Part shown: positions 37,404 to 46,983 of the stretch, piece after piece
Numbering within the stretch: the stretch's first letter is position 1
How the letters are laid out: each line of letters starts with the position of its first letter
Origin: an uncultured Collinsella sp.
Lineage (GTDB): Bacteria > Actinomycetota > Coriobacteriia > Coriobacteriales > Coriobacteriaceae
Assembly: GCA_937989885.1 (NCBI GenBank)
Contig: CALKBP010000035.1
Coordinates: forward strand, 5,427-69,426
Reading direction: 5' to 3'
Length of the DNA: 64,000 nt
Notes under the pieces: generated by a model
Told to the model about the DNA's origin: nothing
The model's input: only the letters and a program-made list of their open reading frames with translations
Database searches by the model: none
Position numbers and translations under genes: made by a program

Positions 37404-38444
37404 TTACAGCTCGACGAGCTGGCCGGTCTCGGCGGCCTCCTTGATGGCGTTAAGCAGCGTGAGCGTCTTAACGTTGTCGGCGGGGGTCACGACGGGCTCG
37501 ACCTCGCGGCGAACGACCTTCACAAAGTGCTTGAGCTGCATCTTGTGCGGCAGCGCCGGGTCGACGGCCGGAATCTCCATCTGCAGCGGCTTGTGCCAGT
37601 TGGAGGCTCCGTCGTAGGAGAACTGGTGCAGGCGGGGCAGCGAAAGGGCACCCAAGGTTCCGCCAATAAAGTAGGCGTCGGCGTCGAAGGGGCGGTACTG
37701 CGGATCCTCGCGAGCGGTGGCCTCCCAGTTCCAGGGGCTGGCGGTGGCGTCGGAGATGGTCATGCTCGCAAGCGCGCCATCGGCAAAACGGACGTTGACC
37801 ACGGCGGAGTCCTCGGTCTCAAAACCGCGGGCGGCGCTGGACTGCATGCCCTGGACGGCAACGGGCTCGCCCAGCAGGTAGCGGAGCAGGTCGACGTCGT
37901 GCACCAGGTTGACCAGGATCGGGCCGGCACCCTTCTTGCGGCGCCACTCGACATCGAAGTACTCGTCATTCTTATAGATCATGTAGTGGAAGCTCGACAC
38001 GGTGAGCTTGCCCAGCTCGCCGGACTCGATGATCTCCTTGGCCTTGTTGACGAGGGGATTGTGGCGACGGTGCTGACCCACGAGTACGGGCACGCCGGCG
38101 GTCTCGGCCTCGGCGGCAAAGGCCTGGGCATCCTCGAGGTCGTTGGAGATCGGCTTTTCGACCAGCGGCACGATGTTGCGCTTCACGGCCTCGCGGGCAA
38201 CGCCCAGGTGCAGGTCGTTGGGGGTGGCGATGATGACGGCCTCGGGCTTGACCTCGTCCATCATCTGGGCGGGATCGGTAAAGAACGGCACGCCGGCGGC
38301 CTCGGCCGTGGCGCGGGCGCCCTCAAAGGCGTCGGCGATGGCGACGAGCTCGGCCTCGGGCTCCTCGGTGACAAAGCGGATGTGGTTGCGGCCCATGGCG
38401 CCGGCGCCGATAACGGCAATGCGGACGGGGTTGAGCTCAGACAT
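37404..38444 (-). CDS. Gfo/Idh/MocA family NAD(P)-dependent oxidoreductase
   Basis: N-terminal Rossmann RIAVIGAGAMGRNH, EKP motif (VEKPISN). Confidence 0.8.
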   Translation of the reverse strand: MSELNPVRIAVIGAGAMGRNHIRFVTEEPEAELVAIADAFEGARATAEAAGVPFFTDPAQMMDEVKPEAVIIATPNDLHLGVAREAVKRNIVPLVEKPISNDLEDAQAFAAEAETAGVPVLVGQHRRHNPLVNKAKEIIESGELGKLTVSSFHYMIYKNDEYFDVEWRRKKGAGPILVNLVHDVDLLRYLLGEPVAVQGMQSSAARGFETEDSAVVNVRFADGALASMTISDATASPWNWEATAREDPQYRPFDADAYFIGGTLGALSLPRLHQFSYDGASNWHKPLQMEIPAVDPALPHKMQLKHFVKVVRREVEPVVTPADNVKTLTLLNAIKEAAETGQLVEL

Positions 38445-38473
38445 TTCGACTCCTTAATACTGGTGACCGGTGG

Positions 38474-38506
38474 AATGCGACAGAGGGGCTGTCCCTTTGT
38501 CGCATC
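38474..38506. repeat. REP-like palindrome family 2, copy 3 (aatgcgacagaggggctgtccctttgtcgcatc)
   Basis: Between the MFS stop and the oxidoreductase start. Confidence 0.6.
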
Positions 38507-38513
38507 GGTAAAA

Positions 38514-39785
38514 CTAAGCGGACTTCTTCTTGCTGTCGGAGACCATCATGTAGACGGTGAGCACGACGGCGATGGCGGCGATCACAATGGCGCCGTAGAA
38601 AGACTGCTGGTAGGCGGCGCTGCCGGCCTCGGCGTGATACAGCACGGCGGTGATGGGCTGGCTGATCCAGGTGGAAGCGGCATAGCCCAGGAACATGATG
38701 CCGTAGTTGACGCCGATGTTGCTGGTGCCAAAGGCGCCACCGGTGAGCGGCGGGTAGATGACGAGCAGGGCGCCAAAGCTAAAGCCGAGCAGGGCGAGTG
38801 CCACAAAGAACATGCTCTGCGTAAAGCTCATCGACATGATGACGAGCGCGACGATGGTGACGACAAGGCTGATGAGCAGCGACTTATAGGCGCCGAGCTT
38901 GTCGATGATCTGGCCAAAGGACAGACGACCGACCAGGTTGGCGCAGGTGTTGACGGAGACGACCACACCGCCGAGGGCGACGGCCGCGGCGCTCGTGGGG
39001 TCGGCGAAGAGCTGGACGGCGGCGATGGAGGCAACCTTGCCGACGAGCAGGGTGCCCGCGGTGGCGGCAAAGGCGAAGGTGACGATGAGAACCCAGAAGC
39101 GCGGGGTCTTGACCATCTCGCCCGGAGTGAGGTCACCGAAGGTGCCGGCATGCGCGCCACCCTTGGGGGCCTCGAAGCCCTCGGGCAGCCAACCGGCCTC
39201 GGGGGCCTTCAGGAACAGGGCGGAGGCGGCAATCGTCACAAAGAAGATGACGCCGAGCGCCTTAAGGGCTCCAAAGATGCCCAGGCTCGGGATGAGCAGC
39301 GAGGCGAGCACCGGGGACAGCACGGCGGGGCCGGCGGTCGAAGCGGCCAGGGTGATGCCAGAGGCAAGGCCCTTCTTGTCGATAAACCACTTTTGGCCGG
39401 TGGTGAGCGCCGGGTTGTAGCCCAGGCCGTTGCCGACGGCGGCGACGAGCGAGAACCACAGGTAGAACTGCCACGGCTCGGTGACGGTGCCGGACATGAA
39501 CCAGCCAACGCCGTAGCACACGGCGGCAGCGATCACGACGTTGCGCGGGCCGATCTTATCGGAGATGCGGCCGGCGAAGATGCCCGTCACGGCCATGATG
39601 GTCTGGAAGACGGGGAAAGCCCAGGTAAGGGCGCTCGACCACTCGGGGTAGACGGCGAGCAGATTTTTGCTCACGACGGAATACAGCGCGATGGAGCTGA
39701 TGAAGAACATGGTGACGCACGCGGCGGAAAGCACGACGGCGCGACCCTTGTTGGAGTTGGTGGAAGCCATTGGACTCTTTCTCAT
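38514..39785 (-). CDS. MFS transporter (OFA/oxalate:formate-antiporter-like subfamily)
   Basis: 12 predicted TM helices; GRISDKIGPR loop motif after TM2. Confidence 0.7.
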   Translation of the reverse strand: MRKSPMASTNSNKGRAVVLSAACVTMFFISSIALYSVVSKNLLAVYPEWSSALTWAFPVFQTIMAVTGIFAGRISDKIGPRNVVIAAAVCYGVGWFMSGTVTEPWQFYLWFSLVAAVGNGLGYNPALTTGQKWFIDKKGLASGITLAASTAGPAVLSPVLASLLIPSLGIFGALKALGVIFFVTIAASALFLKAPEAGWLPEGFEAPKGGAHAGTFGDLTPGEMVKTPRFWVLIVTFAFAATAGTLLVGKVASIAAVQLFADPTSAAAVALGGVVVSVNTCANLVGRLSFGQIIDKLGAYKSLLISLVVTIVALVIMSMSFTQSMFFVALALLGFSFGALLVIYPPLTGGAFGTSNIGVNYGIMFLGYAASTWISQPITAVLYHAEAGSAAYQQSFYGAIVIAAIAVVLTVYMMVSDSKKKSA

Positions 39786-39836
39786 CGATACGGGGGAGGG
39801 GCGGGCGTGTCCGCGGGGCCTCCCTGTTAGGTTGGT

Positions 39837-40718
39837 TTACTGGTCAGTCGGCTTGGCGACGCCGGACTCATCGGACCAGAGCTCGACACCCTTGTTCTTA
39901 AGGTAGTTGTCGGCGTATGCGCGACGGCCGCCGGGCTTGGCGGTGAGGTCGCCCATCATGTTGGAGAAGCCGCCGTCGACCTTGATGGCGTCGCCGGTGG
40001 TAAAGTCCGAGCGCTTGGACGCCAGAAACATGACGGCGTTGGCGATATCGCTGACCTCGCCGATGCGACGCGTGGCGATCAGACGGCTGCGGCTCTTCTC
40101 TACCTCGGGGTCGGCATAGAAGTTGGCCGACATCGGGGTCTTGACGAAGCAGGGCTCGACGCAGTTGGAGCGCACGCCGTAGGGGCCCCATTCGGCAGCC
40201 AGCATCTTGGACATCATGTTGACGCCCGCCTTGGTGGAGCTGTACACGCCCGAGAACGTTTCGGGGGAGTGGCTGGCAACGGTCGAGATGTGCACCAGGC
40301 GACCCTGGCCGGCCTTGATCATCTCACGGCCAAAGCGCTGCGAGGTGATGAAGTAACCGGTGAGGTTGACGTTGATGACCTCGTTCCAGTCGGAGAGCGG
40401 CAGGTCTTCCATGGCTGCGAAGCGCAGGATACCGGCGGTGTTGACGAGAACGTCGACGTGGCCGAAGTCGGCGATGGTGGCATCGACGGCGGCCTGAACC
40501 TCGGCCTCGTCGGTGGCGTTCATCTTGTAGCCCTCGGCGTGGATGCCAAACTCGGCGGCGAGGTCGGCGGCTGCGGCCTTGACCTTTTCCTCGTCCAGGT
40601 CGAGCAGGACGACATTGGCGCCGTTGCGGGCGAACTCGCGGCAGATCTCGACGCCCATACCGCCGAGTGCGCCAGTCACGGCGCAGACATCGCCCTCGAG
40701 CTTAAGCCAGTTGCTCAT
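39837..40718 (-). CDS. SDR family oxidoreductase
   Basis: TGALGGMG cofactor-binding motif; YSSTK catalytic motif. Confidence 0.8.
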   Translation of the reverse strand: MSNWLKLEGDVCAVTGALGGMGVEICREFARNGANVVLLDLDEEKVKAAAADLAAEFGIHAEGYKMNATDEAEVQAAVDATIADFGHVDVLVNTAGILRFAAMEDLPLSDWNEVINVNLTGYFITSQRFGREMIKAGQGRLVHISTVASHSPETFSGVYSSTKAGVNMMSKMLAAEWGPYGVRSNCVEPCFVKTPMSANFYADPEVEKSRSRLIATRRIGEVSDIANAVMFLASKRSDFTTGDAIKVDGGFSNMMGDLTAKPGGRRAYADNYLKNKGVELWSDESGVAKPTDQ

Positions 40719-40951
40719 AGGAACTTCCCTTCTTGTGCCTCCCGGTGGGTCGCTCCCATTAACCGACCCACGTGGTTTTCGCTGGTTATCGTATGCTTTG
40801 CATTTGCGCAGGTGAATTGCATATTTGTTAGAATAGCGTTAACCGTAGGTTTACACTGTGCGATGCAGTTTATTCTCAATTGAGCGCGTGACCTGCGAAA
40901 ACAACCCCCTGTGGCCCCATGCGGTCACGGGCGCGAAAACGGGAGATTGAC

Positions 40952-41830
40952 GTGTACGATCGACGACTCGAGGCCATATCGGCCGCCGCGGAGCTGGGAA
41001 GCTTCTCGCGTGCGGCGGCAAAATTGCGTGTGTCGACTCCGGCGCTCGTCAAGCAGGTGTCGGGCTTCGAGGCCGAGTTTGGCGTCACGTTGTTCGAGCG
41101 CTCGCACTCGGGCGTCAAGGTGACGCCGGCGGGCGCTCTGCTGGTGGACGACGCACGCTCGATCATGCGGCAGTCCGAGGACGCGCTGCGCCGTGCCCGA
41201 CGCGCGGCGGGCGATGGCGGTGCCGTGCGCCTGGGCGTGTCGATGATGTGCCCGGGGCGCCAAACGCTGTCGATGTGGACGGGCATCCACGAGCTGGAGC
41301 CATCGTTGCGATTTGAGATCGCGCCGGTAAGCGACCTCTACGACGAGCGCGAATCCGTCATGCGCAGCTTGGGCCGCGAGGTCGATGTGGTGCAGTCGAG
41401 TTTTTCGACCCCGCGCTGGGGCGACACCTGCCAAAAGCTCCGCATCGTCAACGTGCCGTTTTATATCGACGTGCCGCGCACGAGCCCGCTGGCGCGCAAG
41501 ACACGCATTACGGTCGCCGACTTGGAGGGCATGCGCCTGCGCGTGCTCCGCCACGGCAACGACGCCATGGACAGCCTGCGCATCGACCTGTTGGCCGACG
41601 GCGGCGTGGACGTGATCGACGTGGATAGCTTCGACTTTGCGCTCTTTAACGAGGCGGAGGAAAAGGGTGACGCGGTGCTCACCTGCGGAGCGTGGTCGGG
41701 GGTGCACCCGGCCTTTGTGGGCGTGCCGTTCCTGTGCGGTCGCGAGGTACCGGTCTTTCTGCACTACCCGCTCGAGCCCACCCTCCAAGTCCAAAAATTC
41801 GTGAACGCCATGGCCCAACTCCTCAAGTAG
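40952..41830 (+). CDS. LysR family transcriptional regulator (divergent from the SDR–MFS–Gfo/Idh cluster)
   Basis: N-terminal HTH LEAISAAAELGSFSRAAAKLRVSTPALVKQVSGFEAEFGVTLFER; GTG at 40952 after gggagattgac. Confidence 0.7.
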   Translation: MYDRRLEAISAAAELGSFSRAAAKLRVSTPALVKQVSGFEAEFGVTLFERSHSGVKVTPAGALLVDDARSIMRQSEDALRRARRAAGDGGAVRLGVSMMCPGRQTLSMWTGIHELEPSLRFEIAPVSDLYDERESVMRSLGREVDVVQSSFSTPRWGDTCQKLRIVNVPFYIDVPRTSPLARKTRITVADLEGMRLRVLRHGNDAMDSLRIDLLADGGVDVIDVDSFDFALFNEAEEKGDAVLTCGAWSGVHPAFVGVPFLCGREVPVFLHYPLEPTLQVQKFVNAMAQLLK

Positions 41831-41868
41831 CTCACCTGGAACGGGACTTTTTTGACTCCTTACAAAAT

Positions 41869-41910
41869 GAGGCCCTGGCCAAACGGCCAGGGCCTCACCA
41901 CTTCTTTTTA
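41869..41910 (+). terminator. Rho-independent terminator after the LysR gene
   Basis: gaggccctggccaaacggccagggcctc followed by ...cttcttttt. Confidence 0.6.
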
Positions 41911-41934
41911 GGCTGCGAGAAAAGGCTGCGCGTA

Positions 41935-42038
41935 GGAGTTCCCCGAGGGAGACGGGGTGTTTGCTCCGCGCGCAGTTTCGCAGCGAAGCGAGAATGTTTG
42001 AGCACGGAGTAAACACCCCGTCTCCCTCGGGGAACTCC
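41935..42038. repeat. 33-bp near-perfect inverted repeat with ~38-nt spacer (ggagttccccgagggagacggggtgtttgctccg / cggagtaaacaccccgtctccctcggggaactcc)
   Basis: Read directly; lies in the convergent gap between the LysR gene and the ABC exporter. Confidence 0.65.
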
Positions 42039-42064
42039 GTTGGGAGCGTTGGGGCTGTTTTGAG

Positions 42065-43984
42065 CTACTCCAGCTCAAACGCTCCGGTGTAGAGCTGGTA
42101 GTAATACCCGCGCTTGGCGATCAGCTCGTCGTGGTTGCCGCGCTCGATGATGCGGCCGTGGTCCAGACAGATGATCGCGTCGGAGTTGCGCACGGTGGAC
42201 AGGCGGTGCGCGATGACAAACGTCGTGCGACCCTCCATGAGCTTGTCCATGCCCGCTTGCACGATGGCCTCGGTGCGGGTGTCGATGGAGCTCGTGGCCT
42301 CGTCCAGAATCATCGCCGGCGGATCGGCGACGGCGGCGCGTGCGATCGAAATCAGCTGGCGCTGGCCCTGCGACAGCTGCGCGCCGTTGCCGGTGAGCAT
42401 CGTGTCGTAGCCGTCGGGCAGGCGGGTGATAAAGTCGTCCGCGCCCGCGAGCTTGGCCGCCGCGATGCACTCCTCGTCGGTGGCGTCCAGGTTGCCGTAG
42501 CGGATGTTATCCATCACGGTGCCGGTGAACAGGTTCACGTCCTGCAGCACCACGCCCAGCGAGCGGCGCAGATCGGCCTTGCGGATCTTGTTGACGTTGA
42601 TGCCGTCGTAGCGGATCTTGCCATCGGCGATGTCATAGAAACGGTTGATGAGGTTGGTGATGGTCGTCTTGCCGGCACCGGTGGCACCGACAAACGCGAC
42701 CTTCTGGCCCGGCTTAGCAAACACGGACACGCCGTGCAGCACCTCGTGGTCGGGCGTGTAGCCAAAGTCGACGTTGTCCATGACCAGGTCGCCGCGCAGC
42801 GGTACGTACTCGATCTCGCCGGTCGCGCGGTGCGGATGCTTCCACGCCCACATGCCGGTGTGGTGGTCGGCCTCCTCGAGCTGCCAGGTATCGGGGTTCA
42901 CCTGCGCGTTGACGAGCGTCACGTAGCCTTCGTCGGCCTCGGGCTCCTCGTCGATGAGCTCAAAGATGCGGTCGGCGCCGGCGAGGCCCATGACCACGGC
43001 GTTGATCTGCTGCGAGATCTGACCGATCTGTCCGCAGAACTGCTTGGTCATGTTGAGGAACGGCACCACGACGGCGATGGACAGTGTCATGCCCGAGATG
43101 CTCAGGTTGGGCACGCCCAGCGCCAGGAAAATGCCGCCTGCCAGTGCGACCAGCACGTAGAGCAGGTTGCCCAGGTTCATAAGGATAGGCATGAGGATGT
43201 TGGCGTACATGTTGGCCTTCTGCGAGACCTCGAAGAGCTTTTCGTTGCGCTCGTCAAAATCAGCCTCGGCGGCAGACTCGTGGCAGAATGCCTTGACGAC
43301 CTTCTGGCCGTTCATGACTTCCTCGATATGGCCCTCGACCACGCCGAGCTCGGACTGCTGCGCAATAAAGAAACGCGCGGAGTTGGAGCCGAGCAGCTTG
43401 GTCATAAAGGTCATAAAGACGACGCCGGCCACAATGACCAGGCACATCCACACGCTGTAGTACAGCATGATAAAGAATACCGTGACGATGACGATGGTCG
43501 TCATGAGCAGGTTGGGCAGCGACTGGCTGATCATCTGGCGCAGCGTGTCGATGTCGTTGGTGTAGTGGCTCATGATGTCGCCGCGCTGGTGCGTGTCGAA
43601 GTAGCGAATCGGCAGGTCCTGCATGCGGTTGAACATCTTCTCGCGCAGCTTCTCGAGCGAGCCCTGCGTGACGATGGCCATGGCGCGGTTCCAGAAGAGC
43701 GAAGACAGGATGCCGATGCCGTAGATGCAGGCGAGGGTAGTCACGAGCTGTGCGATCTTGGGCTGTGCGGCTTCCCAATCGCCCGACTGCCACGATTCGC
43801 TAATAATCTGCAGGGCGCTCTGAAGGAAGGTCGCGCCGATGGAGTTGATGATGGCGCAGAGCACCACGCCGACGACGACGAGGGGCAAAAGCACGGGGTA
43901 GAAGCCAAAGAGCGTCTTGATGAGGCGCGACATGGTGCCGCCCTTGCGGTTGAGCGCGCGCTCGGCGGTCGTTGCCTTACTCAT
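42065..43984 (-). CDS. ABC transporter ATP-binding protein/permease (exporter; distal gene of the MarR-linked pair)
   Basis: Walker A GATGAGKTT, signature LSQGQRQLISIARAA. ATG (MSKATT...) at 43984 overlapping the stop of the upstream ABC gene; the longer ORF-track N-terminus is not supported. Confidence 0.8.
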   Translation of the reverse strand: MSKATTAERALNRKGGTMSRLIKTLFGFYPVLLPLVVVGVVLCAIINSIGATFLQSALQIISESWQSGDWEAAQPKIAQLVTTLACIYGIGILSSLFWNRAMAIVTQGSLEKLREKMFNRMQDLPIRYFDTHQRGDIMSHYTNDIDTLRQMISQSLPNLLMTTIVIVTVFFIMLYYSVWMCLVIVAGVVFMTFMTKLLGSNSARFFIAQQSELGVVEGHIEEVMNGQKVVKAFCHESAAEADFDERNEKLFEVSQKANMYANILMPILMNLGNLLYVLVALAGGIFLALGVPNLSISGMTLSIAVVVPFLNMTKQFCGQIGQISQQINAVVMGLAGADRIFELIDEEPEADEGYVTLVNAQVNPDTWQLEEADHHTGMWAWKHPHRATGEIEYVPLRGDLVMDNVDFGYTPDHEVLHGVSVFAKPGQKVAFVGATGAGKTTITNLINRFYDIADGKIRYDGINVNKIRKADLRRSLGVVLQDVNLFTGTVMDNIRYGNLDATDEECIAAAKLAGADDFITRLPDGYDTMLTGNGAQLSQGQRQLISIARAAVADPPAMILDEATSSIDTRTEAIVQAGMDKLMEGRTTFVIAHRLSTVRNSDAIICLDHGRIIERGNHDELIAKRGYYYQLYTGAFELE

Positions 43985-45791
43985 GTGCCTCGCCTCCTTC
44001 CTGGGTCTGAGCTTGCGTTGTGGATGCCTCGGTGTCGGCCTCGACGGCCCCTTCGCCCTCGGCAGACATCTTGTTTTGCGAGGTAAAGGTCTCGCGGTAG
44101 ATCTCGCTTGTCTTAAGCAGCTCGTCATGGTTGCCGATTTGCGCGATGCGGCCACCTTCCATGACGATGATGCGGTCTGCGTCCTGCACGGAGCTAATGC
44201 GCTGGGCGATGATGAGCTTGGTCGTGTTAGGCAGATAGCTTGCCAGCCCTGCGCGAATCTTGGCGTCGGTCTTGGTGTCGACGGCGCTGGTGGAGTCGTC
44301 CAGGATCAAGATCTTGGGGCGACGCAGCAGGGCACGCGCAATGCACAGGCGCTGCTTCTGACCGCCGGAAACATTGGAGCCGCCCTGCTCGATCCAGGTG
44401 TCGTAGCCCTTGGGGAAACCGTCGACAAACTCATCGGCGCAGGCCAGATGTGCCGCCTCGCGGACCTCCTCGTCGGTGGCATTCGGGTCGCCCCAGCGCA
44501 GATTTTCGGCGATGGTGCCGCTAAACAGCACGTTTTTCTGCAGCACCATGGCGACCTGGTGGCGCAGGGCGTCCAGGTCGTAGTCGCGCACGTCCATGCC
44601 GCCCACGCGCACGGTGCCTTCGGTGGCGTCGTACAGGCGGGCGATGAGGTTTACAAGCGTGGACTTGGCCGAGCCAGTGCCGCCGATGATGCCGATGGTC
44701 TCGCCGCTCTTAATGTGCAGGTCGATATCGTCGAGCGCCTGGCGCTTCGCATGCGCGGAATACTTAAAGCTCACGTGGTCAAAGTCGATGGAACCGTCGA
44801 CAACCTCGAGCACGGGCTCGGCGGGATTGGCGATCGTGGGCTCGGCGGCCAACACCTCGGTAATGCGGTGCGCCGATTCGTCGGCCATGGTCACCATGAC
44901 AAAGATCATCGACAGCTGCATCAGGCTCATAAGGATCTGGAAACCATAGGTAAAGATCGAGGAGAGCTGGCCCACATCGAACAGCGTGCCCTGGCTCGTG
45001 ATGATGAGCTTGGAGCCCAGGTAGATGATGACGACAAACGCGCCGTTGACGCAGATGTTCATCATGGGGTTGTTAAAGGCCAGCAGTTTCTCGGCGCGGG
45101 TGAAGTCCATCTGGACGTCGCGCGCGGCGGTCGCGAACTTCTCCTTCTCAAAGTCTTCGCGCACATAGCTCTTGACCACGCGCATGCCGGTGACGTTTTC
45201 CTCGACAGACTCGTTAAGTGCGTCGTACTTGTGGAACACGCGCGAGAAGATGGGGCGCACCTTAAAGATGATAAAGAACAGTCCAAAGCCCAGTAGCGGA
45301 ATGATGACCAGGTAGACCATGGCGACGCTGCCGCCCATGATAAACGCCATGGTAAAGGCGAAGATCAATACCAGCGGCGCGCGCACGGCGATACGGATAA
45401 TCATCATAAAGGCCTGCTGCACGTTGTTGATGTCGGTGGTCAGGCGCGTGACGAGCGAGGAGCTCGAGAACTCATCGATGTTGGCAAAGCTGAACGTCTG
45501 GATCTTGTAGAACAGGTCGTGACGCAGGTTCTTGGCGAAGCCGCAGCTCGCATGGCTGCAGGTGACGCCGGCAGCGGCGCCAAAAGCAAGCGACGTCAGC
45601 GCGATGAGCACCAAAAAGCCTGCGGTGGGAAGCATCTCGGCTACGGTGGTGCCGTCTTTGATGGCGTCGATCAGGTTGGCGGTGATAAATGGAATCAGCA
45701 TCTCGCAGAGCACCTCGCCAAGCACGAGCAATGGCGTGGCAACAGCGACTTTCATATAGTCGCGGATGCTGCCCATGAGGGTTTTAATCAT
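43977..45791 (-). CDS. ABC transporter ATP-binding protein/permease (exporter; proximal gene of the MarR-linked pair)
   Basis: Walker A GGTGSAKST, signature VSGGQKQRLCIARALL, Walker B ILILDDSTSAVD; overlaps the marR stop by 8 nt. Confidence 0.8.
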   Translation of the reverse strand: MIKTLMGSIRDYMKVAVATPLLVLGEVLCEMLIPFITANLIDAIKDGTTVAEMLPTAGFLVLIALTSLAFGAAAGVTCSHASCGFAKNLRHDLFYKIQTFSFANIDEFSSSSLVTRLTTDINNVQQAFMMIIRIAVRAPLVLIFAFTMAFIMGGSVAMVYLVIIPLLGFGLFFIIFKVRPIFSRVFHKYDALNESVEENVTGMRVVKSYVREDFEKEKFATAARDVQMDFTRAEKLLAFNNPMMNICVNGAFVVIIYLGSKLIITSQGTLFDVGQLSSIFTYGFQILMSLMQLSMIFVMVTMADESAHRITEVLAAEPTIANPAEPVLEVVDGSIDFDHVSFKYSAHAKRQALDDIDLHIKSGETIGIIGGTGSAKSTLVNLIARLYDATEGTVRVGGMDVRDYDLDALRHQVAMVLQKNVLFSGTIAENLRWGDPNATDEEVREAAHLACADEFVDGFPKGYDTWIEQGGSNVSGGQKQRLCIARALLRRPKILILDDSTSAVDTKTDAKIRAGLASYLPNTTKLIIAQRISSVQDADRIIVMEGGRIAQIGNHDELLKTSEIYRETFTSQNKMSAEGEGAVEADTEASTTQAQTQEGGEAHE

Positions 45792-46290
45792 CCAGTTCCT
45801 CCCAGGTTACACGGATTTTCTCGAGCATTTCGGCGAGCTGCTCGCGCTCGTCGTGAGTGAGGGCACTAAAGGCCCGTTCTCTAAAGCGGATGCGGGCCGC
45901 CTGGTCGATGCGGGCGTTTTCCCGGCCGGTTTCGGTCAGGCGAATGGTGAGTTGCCGTCGATCCTTGGGGTTACGGCTGCGCTCGATGAGGCCGTTGACC
46001 TCGAGCTTGGACAGGATCTCGGAAAGCGACCCCGGCTTGAGGTCAAAGTGCATGCCGAGTTCCTGCTGCGACATCTCGCCGCCGGGCTGCTTGGCCAGCA
46101 GGCAGATGATGGGCGCCTTGCCGGACACGCCTCCGCCATGAAAATGCATGTAATGGCCGCAAAAACCCAGGCCGCTCAGGATGCGCTTGGCGAGTTTGTC
46201 TTCGGCGCTGACCGCTTCGAGTATGTCTACCGGTTGCGACGGGTCACCGCCGGGCTCGTGCGAACAAAGGTTAAGAGGTTCATCGCACAT
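45784..46290 (-). CDS. MarR family transcriptional regulator
   Basis: Winged-HTH region LLAKQPGGEMSQQELGMHFDLKPGSLSEILSKLEVNGLIERSRNPKDRRQLTIRLTETG. N-terminal ~45 aa are Cys/His-rich (CSH...CGHYMHFHGGG). Confidence 0.75.
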   Translation of the reverse strand: MCDEPLNLCSHEPGGDPSQPVDILEAVSAEDKLAKRILSGLGFCGHYMHFHGGGVSGKAPIICLLAKQPGGEMSQQELGMHFDLKPGSLSEILSKLEVNGLIERSRNPKDRRQLTIRLTETGRENARIDQAARIRFRERAFSALTHDEREQLAEMLEKIRVTWEELDD

Positions 46291-46391
46291 GAATTAGTGT
46301 TGCTCCTTTCTTTAGTTAGGTAGTGGAATTGTTTTGTGCCTAACCAATTTAGGAGCGTGAGAAATCAATGTCAAGGTACCAAACTTATTAA

Positions 46392-46419
46392 GTTACGGCG
46401 TTTTGCCAAACGCCGTAAC
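46392..46419. repeat. Hairpin gttacggcgttttgccaaacgccgtaac followed by gctcgacgctgc (family 4), copy 1
   Basis: The same hairpin + flank recurs at 61531-61570 directly after prfA. Confidence 0.6.
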
Positions 46420-46650
46420 CGCTCGACGCTGCAAGCGTTCCTAAGCGGCAATCTGGCGTTCAATCGTCGGGCATGGCCACAAGGCCTATGCCCTCCTCTT
46501 TCACGCCACCTTGCTCGCTTAGGAACGCTTTCGCTGTCCGTCCTCAACCTGTGATTCCGCCACGGTCCGCTTCGGTGCATGTGGTCCCTTGGGGACGGAG
46601 GAAAAGGGATCACTTTGAGCTGTGATGACGCCATTCGAAGCGGCCTCGCC

Positions 46651-46810
46651 AAAAACTATGCCTAATTACTACGATGAATCCGGCATCCCCGACCACAACG
46701 GCTGTTTCTGAAAAAGCGCAAGCTATCTACCTGCGGTTTTGTTGGAGCGAAATTTGTTGTGGTTGGAGGTGGGCGGTTAAACGTAGTAAATAGGCATAGT
46801 TTTGAAATGG
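46651..46810. mobile_element. MITE-like element, copy C (diverged)
   Basis: aactatgcctaattactacgatgaa ... ttaaacgtagtaaataggcatagtt TIRs; internal aagctatctacctgcggtttt core. Confidence 0.6.
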
Positions 46811-46983
46811 CACTATATGAGTAGAGTCAACTAGGCCGTTATGGAGCAAACAGTCCCCATTTCCGAAACCTATCCGCAACAATCTGCTCTTCGCACTGCT
46901 CGACTCCGCTCGCAACGTCCCCTGCGCTACACTTAGTTGCACTGTGGCGCCGTTGCGCCGCGCCCGACCCAAGGGGGACACTC

